Sequence record: SRR33789315_37
Direction: 5' to 3' (one strand)
Length of the DNA: 39,077 nt
This document shows, piece after piece, positions 39,077-39,077 of this stretch. A program made the translations under genes and the position numbers. Under the pieces are notes generated by a model, which was given only the letters and a program-made list of their open reading frames with translations, searched no databases and was not told the DNA's origin. Position 1 is the stretch's first letter; each line of letters starts with the position of its first letter.

Positions 39077-39077
39077 C

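Noticed and set aside
1-39077. CRISPR array, tRNA/rRNA genes, transposase, integrase or prophage genes; remaining short nested ORFs in the track
   Set aside because: No repeat-spacer periodicity, cloverleaf or mobility motifs seen. The short ORFs are antisense or off-frame shadows of well-supported genes.

Overview
39 kb of an AT-rich Bacteroidota (Flavobacteriaceae-like) chromosome. The assignment rests on TAnnTTTG -7 promoter boxes, start regions without Shine-Dalgarno motifs, the DUF2795-secA neighbourhood and many lipoproteins. In order, the window holds: an OprC-like TonB-dependent copper receptor preceded by a Cys-rich, HPP-terminated upstream ORF; a methyltransferase; an IorAB-type molybdoenzyme operon with XdhC and MocA; a Gfo oxidoreductase; rhodanese and thioredoxin-fold genes; MarR-YceI; a complete trp operon with a WWW leader-peptide attenuator and an in-frame trpF-trpB fusion; an unannotated 43-aa ORF; SulP; a GH5-CBM60-CBM5/12 lipoprotein; a sorbosone/PQQ dehydrogenase with a YncD/PqqU-like receptor; coaD, ddl, PASTA, RluA, PduO-type adenosyltransferase, DUF2795 and secA; a Cof hydrolase; a structured intergenic element; and a truncated ABC1 kinase. 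The most unusual signals are (1) a candidate copper-sensing ribosome-arrest uORF controlling the copper receptor, (2) a GC-rich 14-bp palindrome GCTTYCGCGNAAGC iterated inside unrelated genes, (3) a trpF-trpB fusion whose linker is a 6x7-nt tandem repeat, (4) a likely PQQ-scavenging gene pair and (5) an in-frame TGA near the end of one gene. No CRISPR array, tRNA, rRNA or transposase was seen. All family calls come from recognising motifs by eye, not from database searches.
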